Below, piece after piece: positions 10,045 through 20,639 of a stretch of 64,000 nucleotides of DNA; position 1 is the first letter of the stretch; each line of letters starts with the position of its first letter. Source of the DNA: an uncultured virus (IMG/VR IMGVR_UViG_3300047673_000352). Its lineage: Duplodnaviria > Heunggongvirae > Uroviricota > Caudoviricetes. The position numbers and the translations under genes are program-made. The DNA lies in the IMG/VR virus record IMGVR_UViG_3300047673_000352. One strand, written 5' to 3'. Below the pieces are notes generated by a model that worked only from the letters and a program-made list of their open reading frames with translations, was not told the origin of the DNA and did not search any database.

Positions 10045-10679
10045 GATAGTCTGCTGGAATCAAGAATGAATGAGCCGCCCAGGTTGTCGATCAACGCGCC
10101 GTTGGCCGGTACTGTCGGAATGTATGCCGCGCTCTTGACTGCTTGGACCAGCGTCGCCAGCGGCACGACTGTCGGAGGCGTCTGGATGCTTACTCCGTAC
10201 ACCGAACTATCTGCGGCCTGTTCCGGTGCGTATCCGGAGTTGGCTGGCGGTTGCGCCTGCTCGAAGACCATGATGACGCGCGACGCCGATATCATTTCCC
10301 CTGTTTGCTCTACGTCCAAATGACTGAGGACGAGGTATGAGGTGATAATCGACTTGGTGTTAATGGATATTGTAACGGTCGTGTCCATGAACGTCGCAAT
10401 GACGTTCTCCAGCGTCGAGATGTCCGCGCAAAGAGCCGTAACCCGAAGGCGCGACGGCTCGATGATCTTGATTGCCTGAATGTCCTGTTCAAGAATCGTT
10501 TGATACGTTTCGGTGTCCGAAACCTGCTGGTTGGATATCGGCATTTCGGTGTTGGCGCTGGAGGATGAAACCTCAACGTCAACGATCCCCAGCTTGCTCC
10601 AGATAGTCGCGCCGGTATTCTCGTTCGTCGCAACGAACTTGGGCTTGCTGGTGAGAGTCGAAAGGATGGACTGGGGCAT
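10041..10679 (-). CDS. Tail/baseplate structural protein (Dit-like paralog)
   Basis: Tail-module position; shares EQAADSS with the neighbouring gene. Confidence 0.55.
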   Translation of the reverse strand: MPQSILSTLTSKPKFVATNENTGATIWSKLGIVDVEVSSSSANTEMPISNQQVSDTETYQTILEQDIQAIKIIEPSRLRVTALCADISTLENVIATFMDTTVTISINTKSIITSYLVLSHLDVEQTGEMISASRVIMVFEQAQPPANSGYAPEQAADSSVYGVSIQTPPTVVPLATLVQAVKSAAYIPTVPANGALIDNLGGSFILDSSRLS

Positions 10680-10680
10680 A

Positions 10681-11211
10681 TCAGAGTCCCAGTTGGCTGA
10701 CTACGTTCGCCGCAAAGGTTTGCACGCTGACCTTGGCGGCGTTGACCTGCTGGATGCCCTTGTCCATCAGCGACGAGTCTGCCGCCTGCTCAACAGAGGG
10801 CGGATTGGATCCATTTTGCGTCAGAATCTGCTTGAATGACATGCGCACCGGGTTCGCGCTGATGACGTCAGGCGTCTGCTTCACCTGCTCTTCGTCCGCC
10901 ATCATATTCGTCAGCACCAAGCCGCGCGACGTGATAGTGTACACGCCAGAGCGGTCCATCATCGCAGAGTTAATCATTGCCAAGTCATCCAGCGTCGCGC
11001 AGAAAACTTCAATCTCAACTATCGGAGACATGACGACGCGCGCATCAACGATGTTATTTCCGTCCTCTCGCATATGCCGCATGACGCGCGAGCGATAGCG
11101 GAACCGAACGCGCGAAACCTTCAGGCTTTGCGCGATGTTGAGGCCGGTCAAGCTGCTCACGATAGTCAGAGCGGGCTTGGACAGCAGACTGGATAGAATG
11201 CTGGCTGCCAT
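10681..11211 (-). CDS. Tail/baseplate structural protein (Dit-like paralog)
   Basis: H.REDG..IVD..V..P motif; tail-module position. Confidence 0.6.
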   Translation of the reverse strand: MAASILSSLLSKPALTIVSSLTGLNIAQSLKVSRVRFRYRSRVMRHMREDGNNIVDARVVMSPIVEIEVFCATLDDLAMINSAMMDRSGVYTITSRGLVLTNMMADEEQVKQTPDVISANPVRMSFKQILTQNGSNPPSVEQAADSSLMDKGIQQVNAAKVSVQTFAANVVSQLGL

Positions 11212-11213
11212 GA

Positions 11214-11711
11214 CTATAGAAGCGCCAGACCAGCGCGCAGAACGGTTGTGGCCAACTCTTTGAAGCTCTGTGCACCCGCGAACGTTCCGAAGGCAAAATG
11301 ATAAACGTTGCCCTTCTTCCGTCCGGCAGATGTTAAGCTGTCCGCTATAGCGCCGCTGAGCATCAAGCCGTCGCTCAACAGGACGCGCCCGCCGTCCGGA
11401 TACGATATGACCATTGACGTGGTATCAGGAAGCGGGAGAAGCTGCGGCGACGATTTGCGCGCCTGCAGCAATATCTTCAGGTTTATGTCGTCGTCAGTGT
11501 TTGCGTTGACGCCGATGGACAAGAGCACAGGCGAGGTCTTGTCAAACGTGAAAATACTGCCGTCATAAAGTTTTTCGAAGCCGCTGACTTCAAGTTGCTC
11601 GATAGTCAGCGGGTCTTCATCATCAGCAAATGACGTGACCTGAAACCCCACCGGAAAGCTGGCTGTGCTTACGATGGTAATTCCAGTGCCGAATCCGCTG
11701 ATGTCGATCAT
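11214..11711 (-). CDS. Second tail-tube-like protein
   Basis: Clear paralog of 12630-13091 (DIS.FG...TSFADD.DPL). Confidence 0.75.
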   Translation of the reverse strand: MIDISGFGTGITIVSTASFPVGFQVTSFADDEDPLTIEQLEVSGFEKLYDGSIFTFDKTSPVLLSIGVNANTDDDINLKILLQARKSSPQLLPLPDTTSMVISYPDGGRVLLSDGLMLSGAIADSLTSAGRKKGNVYHFAFGTFAGAQSFKELATTVLRAGLALL

Positions 11712-11942
11712 TTAGGCGTCCGTATGTTCCGTGCTCGCGTCGGTGATGGCTTGCTCTGCCGCTTCGGCTTCGAGTTCCGCTGCCGTCTTGTGCTGGACTA
11801 CCGGCTCAGGCGGTGCGCCGGTCGAAATGGCGTGCGCTCCTAGTGCCGCGACGCTGGGCGCGAAGGAAGGCGAAGCAACCGGCGCGCTGGGTGCAGGCGC
11901 GTGAATGGTGATAACGCCGTGGGCAGACTGGTTGGCGGGCAT
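11712..11942 (-). CDS. Small Ala/Pro-rich hypothetical protein
   Basis: Fills the gap in the tail operon. Confidence 0.5.
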   Translation of the reverse strand: MPANQSAHGVITIHAPAPSAPVASPSFAPSVAALGAHAISTGAPPEPVVQHKTAAELEAEAAEQAITDASTEHTDA

Positions 11943-11946
11943 CGTC

Positions 11947-12297
11947 TTATCCTTGAATGGTTGTTGGTCCGTATATCGTGTGAACTCGCGCGACGTAGCT
12001 GAAGTCTTCGCCGCTGATCGTGATAGTCAGCGATTCGATGCTCAGAACGTCTGGGCATTCCAGAATGTTCTTTGCTATGGACGCTCGCGCTGCATCGTAA
12101 TCCGGCTGCGGCGTGAAGACCGTGCCGAAGTAATCCACGCCGTCAGACGTGTTGTACTGGTTCTCGCCCAGGCGCATCTGGCCCTTCTGGGTAAGGTTCT
12201 GCTCGCACGCCACGATCCCAGAGATGAGGCTTAGGTTGCGCCCGTCTGGCAGATACAGGTCGTTGTTCTCGTTGCAGGCGAAGGTCTGCGTGGCCAT
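11947..12297 (-). CDS. Baseplate wedge / sheath initiator (gp25-like)
   Basis: GE..YNT..GVDY and V.TIYG motifs. Confidence 0.7.
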   Translation of the reverse strand: MATQTFACNENNDLYLPDGRNLSLISGIVACEQNLTQKGQMRLGENQYNTSDGVDYFGTVFTPQPDYDAARASIAKNILECPDVLSIESLTITISGEDFSYVARVHTIYGPTTIQG

Positions 12298-12623
12298 CAG
12301 ATGACTCCCTGCTGCAGCGCGTCCAGGAACTCTGCCAACTCGTCCTGCGGCATGTAGTACAGGTTGCAGGAGTTGCCGAAGTTCGTCCAGTCAGCGTCCG
12401 AATCAAAGCAGAAGTTGCCGAGATTCGGAGCGTACATATAGCTGTACTGCATCAGTGGAATCCCACCAAAGCATCGCACTCCATCAACGATCTTTACACC
12501 GTTTTTGGAGATGTCCGCGCACATGTGGCTGACGGCCTGGTAGACGTGAACCGTCCACAAGACGCCATCCGCATTAAACGAAACGGACTGATTTGCGACC
12601 GGCGACAGCGGGATTGCCAGCAT
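12297..12623 (-). CDS. Small baseplate protein
   Basis: IPLSPVANQS...G.F.F...FG....LYY pattern seen in myophage baseplate proteins. Confidence 0.65.
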   Translation of the reverse strand: MLAIPLSPVANQSVSFNADGVLWTVHVYQAVSHMCADISKNGVKIVDGVRCFGGIPLMQYSYMYAPNLGNFCFDSDADWTNFGNSCNLYYMPQDELAEFLDALQQGVI

Positions 12624-12629
12624 GGTACG

Positions 12630-13091
12630 TTAGCTGCCCGAAGTCGGATTTTGGCGCGATACTTGGGCGAACTTGAACGCGTAGCGCTTGGACTTCGCGC
12701 GGCCAGCCGCTGAGCCTGACTGGACTGCCGGTGCGACGACCAACTTGCCCTCGCTGCAGGTCACCTTCATGCCGTTCGGATAGCAGAAGACGATGCCGAT
12801 TTGATCGCGCGCCGACGACTTGCCCTTGGCGACGCGGTTGGCGTCCATAAGCGCGGTCAGGTTCAGGTCGTCCTGCGATTGCGGGATGACGTTCATCACA
12901 ATCTCGATCAGCTGCGGGCGCGACCACGTGATTGCATCGCCGTTCGGACCCATCGACATATCTGCGATGTCCAAGTCAGGCGAGTCGAGCGGGTCTGCAT
13001 CGTCAGCAAACGATGTGATCGTCGTCGTGTTCGGAAAGGTCTTGTCAGCAGTGAGGATCGCCGACAAGCCAAAAATGCTGATGTCTTCCAT
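12630..13091 (-). CDS. Tail tube protein
   Basis: 153 aa directly downstream of the sheath gene. Confidence 0.85.
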   Translation of the reverse strand: MEDISIFGLSAILTADKTFPNTTTITSFADDADPLDSPDLDIADMSMGPNGDAITWSRPQLIEIVMNVIPQSQDDLNLTALMDANRVAKGKSSARDQIGIVFCYPNGMKVTCSEGKLVVAPAVQSGSAAGRAKSKRYAFKFAQVSRQNPTSGS

Positions 13092-13114
13092 TTAGGACTC
13101 CAGAAAGTGTCTTG

Positions 13115-13136
13115 ATTATACCGGCGCGGCAGGTGT
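13115..13136 (-). promoter_or_regulatory. Putative late promoter ACAC-N12-TATAAT
   Basis: Perfect -10 box upstream of the tube gene. Confidence 0.5.
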
Positions 13137-13171
13137 ACCATTCACTCAAGTACGCCCTGCCGCGCAGCGGC

Positions 13172-14692
13172 TTAGATCATGACGTCGCTGCCGTTGACCG
13201 CACGGATAGCGTCAGACTTCGAATACACGAAGAGGTAATTTGCGACCCACTCCGTGATGCCACTGTTCTCGTTTACTTGCGACGTGAACGTGATGCTCAG
13301 CCAGTAGCCAAGCGTTTGAACCTGACGCCACGCGTTCGGATCGCCGGTGATGCTGCTGATGTACTGTTGCTGTACCGCAGAAAGCGTCTTGCCAGCCGCG
13401 ATAACGCCGTTGGTCTTTGCCAGCGAGATGACCGGAGTCATAACAGCCAGCAGCATCCCCGCGCCCGTATCATCGGCAGGCACTTCCGGAACGTTCAGGA
13501 ACAGCGACATGAACTGAGCGGTGAACGCCGACTTCAGCCACATCTCGTTCGCGAACGTGTTCATGTCCACGGCTGCGGTCGATCCGCCGCACAGCACGCC
13601 GCGTTGGTAGAAGGCGAGCGTTTGACCAGCGCTTTGCGTTGCGCCGATATAGTTGCCGCGTGACGCATCGACCGTATCTGCCGTGTTGTCGTCCGTAACC
13701 GTGATGTTGCGGCTCGCGAACTGATAGAACATGTAGTTCTGCGACGCTGCCGGGTTGTTGTAGTTCGTCGCGGCCAGAATCTCGCAAGGCGACTGCTCGA
13801 TGTAGTCGTTGGCTTGCGTCGTGGACAGGATGTTGATGGCGACGCCGCTGTAACCCTTGATCAGCGCGTACAACGTCTGCAGATTCGCGAGTGGCGTGGC
13901 CAGCGAGAACATGAACTTGTTGTTCTGCGAATCGGTCCACGACGAGATGGCCGTGATTTGATCGTTGGTCAGCGGCGTGGACGGCGTGCAGTAGGCGAAC
14001 GAGCCGAAGTTGTCGCTAATTGCCGCGCTCTTCGACACTGCAACGTCCGGAGTGTCTGCTGTCTGGCCCGCAACCAGGATCGTGCCGCCCGTAGTCCAGC
14101 CCAGGAGTCCGCTGACGTCCGTGGACAGGCCCGTAGGAGTGGCCGAAAGGGAGCCTGTACCGGTGTTCGAGCCGGTCAACACGAATTGGCCTGTGTTCGT
14201 GTTGTATGCTACGGTCGCCGTGGCCAGCTGGGCGTCGGCAGTTGCGCGCAAGGCCGTCTGCAGGATGGACGCGACTTGCGTCAGCGTCGTCGCCGTCGAG
14301 AAGTTCAGCGCCGTCACCGGAACGGGCGTGGCACCGTCATTGATCGTCAGCGTGCCATTCGTGATTGCGGTGAACGCGGCCAACGACTTGGCCAGCGTGT
14401 CGCCCACGATCATCGGCGCAATCGCCGCCGATACCCAGCGCGCGAAGCTGAGCAGCTGCGGCGAGTTGATGTTCTTGCTGACGAACGCGAAGTACGGTTT
14501 GGCGCGCTTGTACTCTTCCGAGGTCGTGCCGAAGTACGCGCCGACTGCATCTGCGTTCGCGAACTGCGCAACGAGGCCAGGAGGCAGCACGTTGTTCTGG
14601 GTGATCAAACGCATGATAAGCTGACGCTGTGCCACAGCCGCGCCAGCCCCCACGCCGGAAATGATCTTGATGTATCTGGACTGACTGATCAC
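13172..14692 (-). CDS. Tail sheath protein (DUF3383-like)
   Basis: 506 aa; [29 protein letters not shown]. Confidence 0.9.
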   Translation of the reverse strand: MISQSRYIKIISGVGAGAAVAQRQLIMRLITQNNVLPPGLVAQFANADAVGAYFGTTSEEYKRAKPYFAFVSKNINSPQLLSFARWVSAAIAPMIVGDTLAKSLAAFTAITNGTLTINDGATPVPVTALNFSTATTLTQVASILQTALRATADAQLATATVAYNTNTGQFVLTGSNTGTGSLSATPTGLSTDVSGLLGWTTGGTILVAGQTADTPDVAVSKSAAISDNFGSFAYCTPSTPLTNDQITAISSWTDSQNNKFMFSLATPLANLQTLYALIKGYSGVAINILSTTQANDYIEQSPCEILAATNYNNPAASQNYMFYQFASRNITVTDDNTADTVDASRGNYIGATQSAGQTLAFYQRGVLCGGSTAAVDMNTFANEMWLKSAFTAQFMSLFLNVPEVPADDTGAGMLLAVMTPVISLAKTNGVIAAGKTLSAVQQQYISSITGDPNAWRQVQTLGYWLSITFTSQVNENSGITEWVANYLFVYSKSDAIRAVNGSDVMI

Positions 14693-14704
14693 GTTAGTGA
14701 CTCC

Positions 14705-15208
14705 TTATGGATTAACTTTGCTGACGACAGCCTGCCACGCCTGCGCAGAGTCAATCAGCGGCTTATCAAAACCCTTCTTCTCAACGGTCGATGGCGCGTT
14801 TCCTTCCCAACCGCCGTTTTTGATGCTATCAACAATGCAGCCTTCGAGTGCGAGACCGATCTGGCCCAGCGCCTGCTCAGGCTTTATATCACCACGGATC
14901 AGCTGCTTGGCGATTTTTGTCTGAATAGCTTTTCGCTGCTTCAGAAAGTTCTGATACGCGAGGCGCATGAATGGCCGCGCTGGAATAACGATGGTGGCGT
15001 TGCCGCGCTTGATCGTCGCGCCGAACTCCTGCACTCGCATCACGTACGCGATGGACGTGCCGACTTGCTTATCAGGGATTTGCTTGCCGTCGCCTTTCGT
15101 TCCGGCGCGATAGCGTGCGGACTCAAACCAACCCGCTTCGACGGATTGGCCCTTGAGTTGTTTGAGCGCCTGAATGTGACGCTCTACAAGGTTGCCCGCT
15201 TTTGCCAT
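14705..15208 (-). CDS. Neck / tail completion protein
   Basis: EFGA...IPARPFMR and NAPSTV.KKGFDKPLIDS motifs. Confidence 0.75.
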   Translation of the reverse strand: MAKAGNLVERHIQALKQLKGQSVEAGWFESARYRAGTKGDGKQIPDKQVGTSIAYVMRVQEFGATIKRGNATIVIPARPFMRLAYQNFLKQRKAIQTKIAKQLIRGDIKPEQALGQIGLALEGCIVDSIKNGGWEGNAPSTVEKKGFDKPLIDSAQAWQAVVSKVNP

Positions 15209-15210
15209 GA

Positions 15211-15783
15211 TCAGTCCGGTACTGGGAAGGTGCCTTGGCCTTCGAATCCGCTCACCAACGCGCCAACCACGGTGTCTGTCGCGCCTATCCTATTCACGAT
15301 GATCCGCTGATGCTGCAGGACTACATCGAAATTCGGATTGGCTTCGAACGTGTGACGCTCATCCCTGAAGTAAGGATTCCTAACGGCAGTAATCCTAAGC
15401 ATTGAAACGCCCTGTGCCTTCAGAGTTCTTATGGACGCGCGGCTGTTAGTGAACAACTTCATGTAGTTTACTACATCGGAGGCTGTCGGCAGGCTCAGGT
15501 TCGTTGGGTCTTGGATGACCAGAGCCGATACCTGAAATGTCGTCTCAGTCCACTGCTTTTCCGTTTGCTGGAAGGTGTTTGTGCCAGGGTCGTATGCCTC
15601 ATAAGAGACTTCCGGCCAGCCATACGCCATGTCAAACAACTTCTCAAAAAAGATCGTCGGTCCGGTTGGAATTCCTTCCTGGGTCGGTTGGTTCTTCTGG
15701 ATTACCGGATAGGACCAGCCAGCCTGTGCACTAGCGGCTTCCAGCTGGGTCGCGATGAGGTTGATGAGGGCGTTATCCAGCAT
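15211..15783 (-). CDS. Tail terminator / neck protein
   Basis: Position before the sheath gene; 190 aa. Confidence 0.65.
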   Translation of the reverse strand: MLDNALINLIATQLEAASAQAGWSYPVIQKNQPTQEGIPTGPTIFFEKLFDMAYGWPEVSYEAYDPGTNTFQQTEKQWTETTFQVSALVIQDPTNLSLPTASDVVNYMKLFTNSRASIRTLKAQGVSMLRITAVRNPYFRDERHTFEANPNFDVVLQHQRIIVNRIGATDTVVGALVSGFEGQGTFPVPD

Positions 15784-15786
15784 GAG

Positions 15787-16173
15787 TTAAAGCGGCCCAG
15801 TAGCGCCGGTTTTGACGCGAACCGCAAGGCACGTTGCCCAGCCGTCCTGCGCAAACCAGCTTTGGCCGTTCTCCATTTGGTAAAGGTCGCCGTTATAGAT
15901 GAACCGGTCGCCGCTCGTGTCGCGCTGCAGATCGACCATGTTCAGGCTCGCGTACACCTGGACATAGAACGAGTTGAAGTTCAGGCCCATCTCCGCATAG
16001 CTGGAGCGGTTGACTGCCTGGACGCTCGCGCGCAGAGTCGTCGGAGCCGCGAAACCGGGCACGTATTGTCGCGCGGCATTCAGCGTGCGCGCGGTCGCGG
16101 CATAGTACTGCACCGTTTGAAACTTGATCAGCTTCGACGCGCGCTTAAGAAGGTTGGAGCCGGGATTACTCAC
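15787..16173 (-). CDS. Head closure / collar protein
   Basis: ASVQAV...R..SGD.F...W..QDGW; neck position. Confidence 0.65.
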   Translation of the reverse strand: MSNPGSNLLKRASKLIKFQTVQYYAATARTLNAARQYVPGFAAPTTLRASVQAVNRSSYAEMGLNFNSFYVQVYASLNMVDLQRDTSGDRFIYNGDLYQMENGQSWFAQDGWATCLAVRVKTGATGPL

Positions 16174-16634
16174 CAGAACACTCCACCAACTTTACGGAAT
16201 CCGCTGCGCTCCGGCAGACCGCCGACATAGAAGCCGCCAACGCTCTTGACCTTCAGTAGCGCGAGCAGCTGCTGGCCATACGCGGTCTGATTCAACCAGT
16301 AGTCCCACGCGTCTTTGATCGGTGGCGGCAGCATGCTTACCGACACAGCACCGACTGACGCGCTGACTTCTACGCCGCCTGGTTGCCCTGGGGCATCGCC
16401 GTCTGCGACGTTTGTTGCGTCAGCGTTGAATAACGTCGCTAGGTGCGCCGTCATGAGATTGAGAGCAAGCGCCAACGAATTGCCGTTCAGCATGTTGCAC
16501 GGATTGTCGTTCACGCTGATGTAGTCGGTGGCAACCGTCCAGTACATAGACAGGCTGTCCACCGGCCATTTCGTCGTGTCCGCGAACGCGGTGAACAGCT
16601 GACGAAACGCGGCATCGTTGTACGCTTGTGTCAT
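16170..16634 (-). CDS. Head-tail adaptor (DUF4054-like)
   Basis: FR..F.AF; AHLA.L; SASVG.VSVS; W..QT.YGQQ. Confidence 0.85.
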   Translation of the reverse strand: MTQAYNDAAFRQLFTAFADTTKWPVDSLSMYWTVATDYISVNDNPCNMLNGNSLALALNLMTAHLATLFNADATNVADGDAPGQPGGVEVSASVGAVSVSMLPPPIKDAWDYWLNQTAYGQQLLALLKVKSVGGFYVGGLPERSGFRKVGGVFW

Positions 16635-16637
16635 GGC

Positions 16638-17090
16638 TTATTGGCCTTGTTCGAGTTCCTTGGACGGCGTTTTGACCTTGATGCGCTGACCAACAGTGGA
16701 CTTGGTAAGCTGCGCCGAAGGGTCTTGGCCTTCCATGTCTTCCACGATCTTGGTGACCTTCTTGTGGTTGTCAACCACGTCCGAAGTCACGACAGCGAGG
16801 TAGCCGCCTTCCATGTGCTTCTTGAACAACCAGTGTTCTTTGACGCGCTCATACTCGTCGTCAGTAAGCTTTGTGACCACGCCACGCGGAGTCCAGAGAA
16901 CATTGCCATTGATGTCTTCGGAAGCCTCTCCAAAGCCACCCCTTTGCGACGGACGATCTGCGCCGCCGCGAATGATAACGGTGTCGGTCGGAACCGGCAG
17001 CGGACCTTGTTTTCCGTTCACATCGCCAACCATGCGATAGTTGCGATACGAAACTGCGTTGGTCATCTTCGAAAGTACATAAACAGTCAT
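16638..17090 (-). CDS. Conserved protein downstream of the major capsid gene
   Basis: 150-aa ORF with RBS; TP.GVVT motif. Confidence 0.6.
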   Translation of the reverse strand: MTVYVLSKMTNAVSYRNYRMVGDVNGKQGPLPVPTDTVIIRGGADRPSQRGGFGEASEDINGNVLWTPRGVVTKLTDDEYERVKEHWLFKKHMEGGYLAVVTSDVVDNHKKVTKIVEDMEGQDPSAQLTKSTVGQRIKVKTPSKELEQGQ

Positions 17091-17145
17091 GATTTTCAGT
17101 CCTTGTAGTTACGCCGCTGCAGCCCCTGAAGCCTTTGCGGTCGAG

Positions 17146-17178
17146 AAAATGGGCTGGCGAGGTTTCCCAAGCCAGCCC
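17146..17178 (-). terminator. Intrinsic terminator after the major capsid gene
   Basis: GGGCTGGC-N12-GCCAGCCC followed by ATTTT on the minus strand. Confidence 0.7.
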
Positions 17179-17200
17179 TGCGTCGCAGATTACTCCGCGA

Positions 17201-18340
17201 TTAGATGCCGGTGACGCGAACCACTGCCCACGGACGCTTGCAAAGAACGCCAGCCGTGCCGTTGGAATAGTCTTCCACGTACGACTTCGCGCGCTTTTCG
17301 ACGCCCAGCGTCACGAACTTCGTTTGCACCAGCTGGGCGAACGTTTCGCCGCCGTCCGTCGAGCCGTCCACCGCGCTGTCGATGTCTTCAGCGAACAGAT
17401 AGAACACGTCTGCGCCAGCATTGGCCGCACCGAGTTCCGGCGCGGAGACCACGCGGATTTTCGGATAGGTCTGCTCCAGCCAGTCGCGCACCGACACGCC
17501 GAAGTCGGTCGTCACGGACAGGTAGTCCACCTTGCCGGTCGGCAGCGCCAGCGTCATTTCAACCTTTTCCGGGTCGATCTGATCTTGCGACTGCGTACGG
17601 AGCGTGACGATGGCCATCCGGATGTCGCCGGTGATGCCTTGGAACGTGCCGTTGGTGCCGTTCCAGCCACCCGTAACGCTCGATGTGATGAACGCGGGCA
17701 GCGAAGGATCGTTCAGGAAACCGAACGTTTGGTTGTTGCCCGAATTCCAGCCGTAGAAGCCGATGGCGTTACGGAAGATTTCGAGACCGACTGCCGAAGC
17801 AGTACGCTTCGTGTCCGCCGAATTCAGACGCATGGCGGCGCTGCGGCCTTCTTCGAGCAGACCGACTTGCATGCCGAGTTCGCCGCGCACGATGGTGCGT
17901 TTGACGAAGTTGGTATTCCAGTTCGACAGAGGAATGTTCGTGAAGTCGCCGTATTCCGTCGCCGTCATCGCCGGTTCCACGATGCCTTGAACGATTTCCT
18001 GGTCTTCCCAGCTGCCGACGTTCTTGATGCCGATGATGTCGTCAATCTTTCGCGCCGCCGTCATCACCTTGATGAAGCCGGGAAGCCACGTTTGCAGGAA
18101 CTGGATCGGTGTCGGCAGCGAGCCAGCGGTTGCCGGTGCCACAAACGCCGAGTCCATCGTGCCGCTTGCGCGATGGTCGTGAAGCAGCTGAACTTGCTGC
18201 AGCACGGTCGCGTGATCGAACACGATGCCGAATTTTTCGGCCAGTTGGTTCACCGCCGCAACGGTGATTTCCTTGCTGTCCATCGCCAGCGGGCGCACTT
18301 TGCGCGGAGCGATGGACGAGCGGGTTTTGGAGAGTTGCAT
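17201..18340 (-). CDS. Major capsid protein (DUF2184-like)
   Basis: 379 aa; [41 protein letters not shown]. Confidence 0.9.
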   Translation of the reverse strand: MQLSKTRSSIAPRKVRPLAMDSKEITVAAVNQLAEKFGIVFDHATVLQQVQLLHDHRASGTMDSAFVAPATAGSLPTPIQFLQTWLPGFIKVMTAARKIDDIIGIKNVGSWEDQEIVQGIVEPAMTATEYGDFTNIPLSNWNTNFVKRTIVRGELGMQVGLLEEGRSAAMRLNSADTKRTASAVGLEIFRNAIGFYGWNSGNNQTFGFLNDPSLPAFITSSVTGGWNGTNGTFQGITGDIRMAIVTLRTQSQDQIDPEKVEMTLALPTGKVDYLSVTTDFGVSVRDWLEQTYPKIRVVSAPELGAANAGADVFYLFAEDIDSAVDGSTDGGETFAQLVQTKFVTLGVEKRAKSYVEDYSNGTAGVLCKRPWAVVRVTGI

Positions 18341-18371
18341 GATTATCTCGCGCTCCTATGTAGCTGTGCGA

Positions 18372-18989
18372 TTACAGCTGGATGGTGGAAAGGGCCGAAA
18401 CCGCAGCGCCTGCCGACGACGCGGCAATGCTGGCCGCGTTGGTGATCTTGGCGTTCGGAATCAAAATGAAACCGGTCGGCGCTGCGCTACCTGCCGGAAC
18501 GCTGATCAGACCGCCATAGGGCACCGCTTGCGCGTTGTTGCCGGCAGTGATGTTGTTCGGGCAGAAGGCCACCTGGTCACCGAACGCCATGGCCTTGGTT
18601 GCCGTGGTTTCGTTGAACAGTTCCACGACCAAGCCTGGAATCATGTCTGCGAATTCGGCTTCTGCGCCAATCGGCAGGTCCATCGTGCTGCCCAACGCGT
18701 TGCCGTTCGAGCCGTACAACGTGTGGTGCTGCGGATGGAACAGGATACCGAAGAAGATCGGCCCGCCCACTGCAACGAGTGCTTCGCGAGCCGCGAGCGT
18801 CGTGCCGGTAGCAGGAACTTCGCCGCTGTAGCCGAACGCACGCGACATGCGGTTGGTGGATGCAGCCGGATCGACGCCGAGGGTTGCCGACGAGATACGG
18901 GCCGGTTTGGCACGGCGCGGGCCGTCAGCCACTTGTTGGCCAGCGAAGCCGGTGGTGTAGGCACGCTGGACGATTGTTTGCAGAGACAT
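18372..18989 (-). CDS. Capsid decoration / cement protein
   Basis: Between scaffold and capsid genes; GF.G....DGP.RA motif. Confidence 0.75.
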   Translation of the reverse strand: MSLQTIVQRAYTTGFAGQQVADGPRRAKPARISSATLGVDPAASTNRMSRAFGYSGEVPATGTTLAAREALVAVGGPIFFGILFHPQHHTLYGSNGNALGSTMDLPIGAEAEFADMIPGLVVELFNETTATKAMAFGDQVAFCPNNITAGNNAQAVPYGGLISVPAGSAAPTGFILIPNAKITNAASIAASSAGAAVSALSTIQL

Positions 18990-18995
18990 CGCTGG

Positions 18996-20489
18996 TTACT
19001 CCTTGAAGTATGCGTTGATTGCCGGCACTTCTTGCTGTGCGGCATCCGCAGCGCGTTTGGATTGTTGATGGGTTTGGGTAACGCTGCGTGCGGACTCGAT
19101 GCCGGTCAGGTACGCGTCCAGGGCGATTGCTTCCTGGCCCTTCGCGCACTTGAGCTTCAGCTTCTTCACCCCGTAAACAGCGACGTCACCAGCTGTTGCA
19201 GATGCGAGGTCCAAGGCTCCGTCAAATGCGCCAACCACCTTAGACAGCCGGTTGCTGAGGCTATTCTTAAGAGCAAGGTCAGCGTGGAAAGAACGAAGCG
19301 CAGCATCAGCACCTGCGTGCTTTCCTGCTGCCGGTCCTTGCGACGCGCCACCTTGCTCGCCGCCCGCACCTTCATCCGCACCTTCTCGCGCCGCTCCTTC
19401 AAGCCCTTCAACGGTGTCTTCGGTCGATTCTCCTGCTGCATTGGTGGCCTCGCCTTCGCTGCCTTCGTCGCCAGCGCCCGTCGCTTGTTTCAGCTGGGCC
19501 AAGATGGCTTCGAGTTGGCTGATAAGTTGCGCAGCGCCGCCCTGTTGCTCACCGCCTTCCGCACCTGCGGCAGCGGCACCAGCCTCAGCGCCTTCCGCTG
19601 CGCCGTTGTCGGTTTCGCCTTCTTCGCCACCAGCTGCAGCAGCGCCCGGTGCGCCTTCAGCTGCGACTTCGCCGGTGCCCGTTTCGCCACCAGCAGCCAT
19701 AGCGCCTTCCGTGCCAGCGGCACCTGCCGCGCCTTCCGCAGCGCCCGCTTCTGCAGCACCAGCCGCGCCGCCTTCGCCGCCTTGGTGCGCGGGTTCGGTG
19801 GCTTCTTCGCTCAGGAACTGTTCGAAGGTCGGCAGGAGTGCTTTCAGCTGGGCCTGGAGGGTCGCTACTACATTACCGTCCAAAGCTTTACGCTTCATGA
19901 TCTCTCCGCAAAGAGGGTTAATGGAAACATCAAAATTAAGCGAGTCAAAGCACAGCTTCTTCCCACCGTCGAGAACACGAGCACCCGGCACGCGACCAAC
20001 GTCCACCAGCGCGATGTGATTGCCGCGCATGTTCACTTGTACAACTTCGTAGTCCTGACCATCAAAGGTGCCGGACTCCAGAAGGAAGTCGCACGTGTAT
20101 CCAAGAGATAAATCCTTCTTGCCGCCGTTCAACTCAGCCTGCATCTTGCGCGTGAAGATTTTCAGATCGCCGCGCGTCCAGGGCTTTTCGTAGAAGACGT
20201 CAAACAGGATGCCGTCTATGCCGTAGTCTTCCGGTGCCGTCGCATCTTTGTCGCCAGCGAATCCGGAGAGCATTTCGTGATCGTCAATCAGCGGAACCTC
20301 TTGCAGAGATTCGATTAACTCAGGATCACTAACGGCTGATTCAGGCCGAAATACATTGACGATTCTGTTGGGATCGCCGTCCAATCCGATTTGCGCAGCG
20401 GAGTATTGAAAGATGCCGAAAGACGAGATGGGACAGGCCTTAACTCGAAGGTATCCATTCTGATCTTGTTGTCGTGCGGACTGTGGCAT
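18996..20489 (-). CDS. Prohead protease-scaffold (DUF2213-like N-terminus, acidic Ala/Gly/Glu scaffold C-terminus)
   Basis: GIFQY, V.RP, LSLGY.C, NHIALV..GR motifs. Confidence 0.85.
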   Translation of the reverse strand: MPQSARQQDQNGYLRVKACPISSFGIFQYSAAQIGLDGDPNRIVNVFRPESAVSDPELIESLQEVPLIDDHEMLSGFAGDKDATAPEDYGIDGILFDVFYEKPWTRGDLKIFTRKMQAELNGGKKDLSLGYTCDFLLESGTFDGQDYEVVQVNMRGNHIALVDVGRVPGARVLDGGKKLCFDSLNFDVSINPLCGEIMKRKALDGNVVATLQAQLKALLPTFEQFLSEEATEPAHQGGEGGAAGAAEAGAAEGAAGAAGTEGAMAAGGETGTGEVAAEGAPGAAAAGGEEGETDNGAAEGAEAGAAAAGAEGGEQQGGAAQLISQLEAILAQLKQATGAGDEGSEGEATNAAGESTEDTVEGLEGAAREGADEGAGGEQGGASQGPAAGKHAGADAALRSFHADLALKNSLSNRLSKVVGAFDGALDLASATAGDVAVYGVKKLKLKCAKGQEAIALDAYLTGIESARSVTQTHQQSKRAADAAQQEVPAINAYFKE

Positions 20490-20526
20490 GCGCTATGGTC
20501 GGTGCAATGTGTATGCGTTCGCGTGT

Positions 20527-20550
20527 ATTATGTATCTGTGCAGTGTCCTA
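20527..20550 (-). promoter_or_regulatory. Putative late promoter TAGGACAC-N10-CATAAT for the head operon
   Basis: Same boxes and spacing as 7136-7159. Confidence 0.6.
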
Positions 20551-20639
20551 CAGTACTACATTTGATTCGTTCACCTTACTGTTAATCACTCTTTCATTGC
20601 TGCATGATGTTAAGTTGACCGATTCATCGACTTTGCCGC

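Noticed and set aside
10041..13091. Duplicated tube-like and Dit-like genes as a novelty
   Set aside because: Paralogous tube and initiator proteins are expected in this type of contractile tail.
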